Shown one piece after another: positions 63,594 through 64,000 of a DNA stretch of 64,000 nucleotides. This DNA is from an uncultured Gemmatimonadales bacterium (GTDB lineage Bacteria; Gemmatimonadota; Gemmatimonadetes; Longimicrobiales; RSA9). Position numbers and translations under genes: made by a program. A model generated the notes under the pieces. It saw only the letters and a program-made list of their open reading frames with translations, made no database searches and was not told the origin of the DNA. The DNA is taken from assembly GCA_963798085.1 (NCBI GenBank), contig CAWCRS010000007.1:608001-672000 (forward strand), in the 5' to 3' direction. Position 1 is the first letter of the stretch. The number at the start of each line of letters is the position of its first letter.

Positions 63594-64000
63594 ATGAAGC
63601 GCCCGCTCAGCGTCTGCATTGTCGCAATGAACGAGGAAGACCGGATCGGCGCCTGCATCCGGTCTGCTGACTTCGCCGACGAGTGGCTCGTCGTCGACAG
63701 CCATTCGACGGATCGCACGCGCGAGATTGCCGCAACGCTTGGCGCCCGCGTGATCGAGCGGGACTGGCCGGGTTGGCTCGAGCAGAAGAACTTCGCGATC
63801 GCGCAAGCTGCGCATGACTGGGTGCTCTGTCTCGACGCCGACGAGTGGCTCTCACCCCAACTGCGTGCCTCGATCCTCCAGGCACTGGAGCGCGCTGATC
63901 CACCGGACGGCTTCGAGTTCGCGCGGCGCACGCGCTACCTGGGCCGGTGGATCCGGCATGGTGGCTGGTACCCGGATCGCAAACTCCGCCTGTTCCGCCG
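63594..64000 (+). CDS. Glycosyltransferase family 2 (LPS-type), 3' end outside window
   Basis: Read directly: LSVCIVAMNEE, VVDSHSTDRT, QKNFAI, WVLCLDADE, IRHGGWYPD. Confidence 0.9.
   Translation, partial: MKRPLSVCIVAMNEEDRIGACIRSADFADEWLVVDSHSTDRTREIAATLGARVIERDWPGWLEQKNFAIAQAAHDWVLCLDADEWLSPQLRASILQALERADPPDGFEFARRTRYLGRWIRHGGWYPDRKLRLFR

Noticed and set aside
1..64000. rRNA, tRNA, IS/transposase, prophage or defence island
   Set aside because: No supporting sequence features found

Overview
High-GC, gene-dense bacterial window. Gene content (ADOP/PadR fragment, BNR/VPS10 hydrolase, TolB-like-TPR, PorV-like barrel) suggests Gemmatimonadota or a similar lineage; this is inference, not proof. 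About 50 CDS; no rRNA, tRNA, CRISPR array or transposase seen. Many genes are split by single-base frameshifts, most likely unpolished long-read errors. Main result: a four-gene minus-strand cluster (12.0-17.2 kb) encoding three multiheme c-type cytochromes (32 CXXCH plus 2 CX4CH motifs, one protein a lipoprotein) around an outer-membrane beta-barrel, i.e. a candidate porin-cytochrome electron conduit. It sits inside a hypoxia/dormancy-type island (9.6-28.7 kb): NarL-type two-component pair, FixL-like PAS kinase, two tandem USPs, CBS protein, GGQ-less baeRF/Balon-like factor, archease, PNPOx-like protein and ADH, resembling the mycobacterial DosR gene set. Also seen: a fliA-X-csrA-flgM-like module without flagellar genes but with sigma-28-like promoters, two apparent CTG starts, a 17x18-bp GQNGQQ repeat, a kinase-like-domain Omp85 protein, a stand-alone SLOG-like gene and a dispersed intergenic repeat family.
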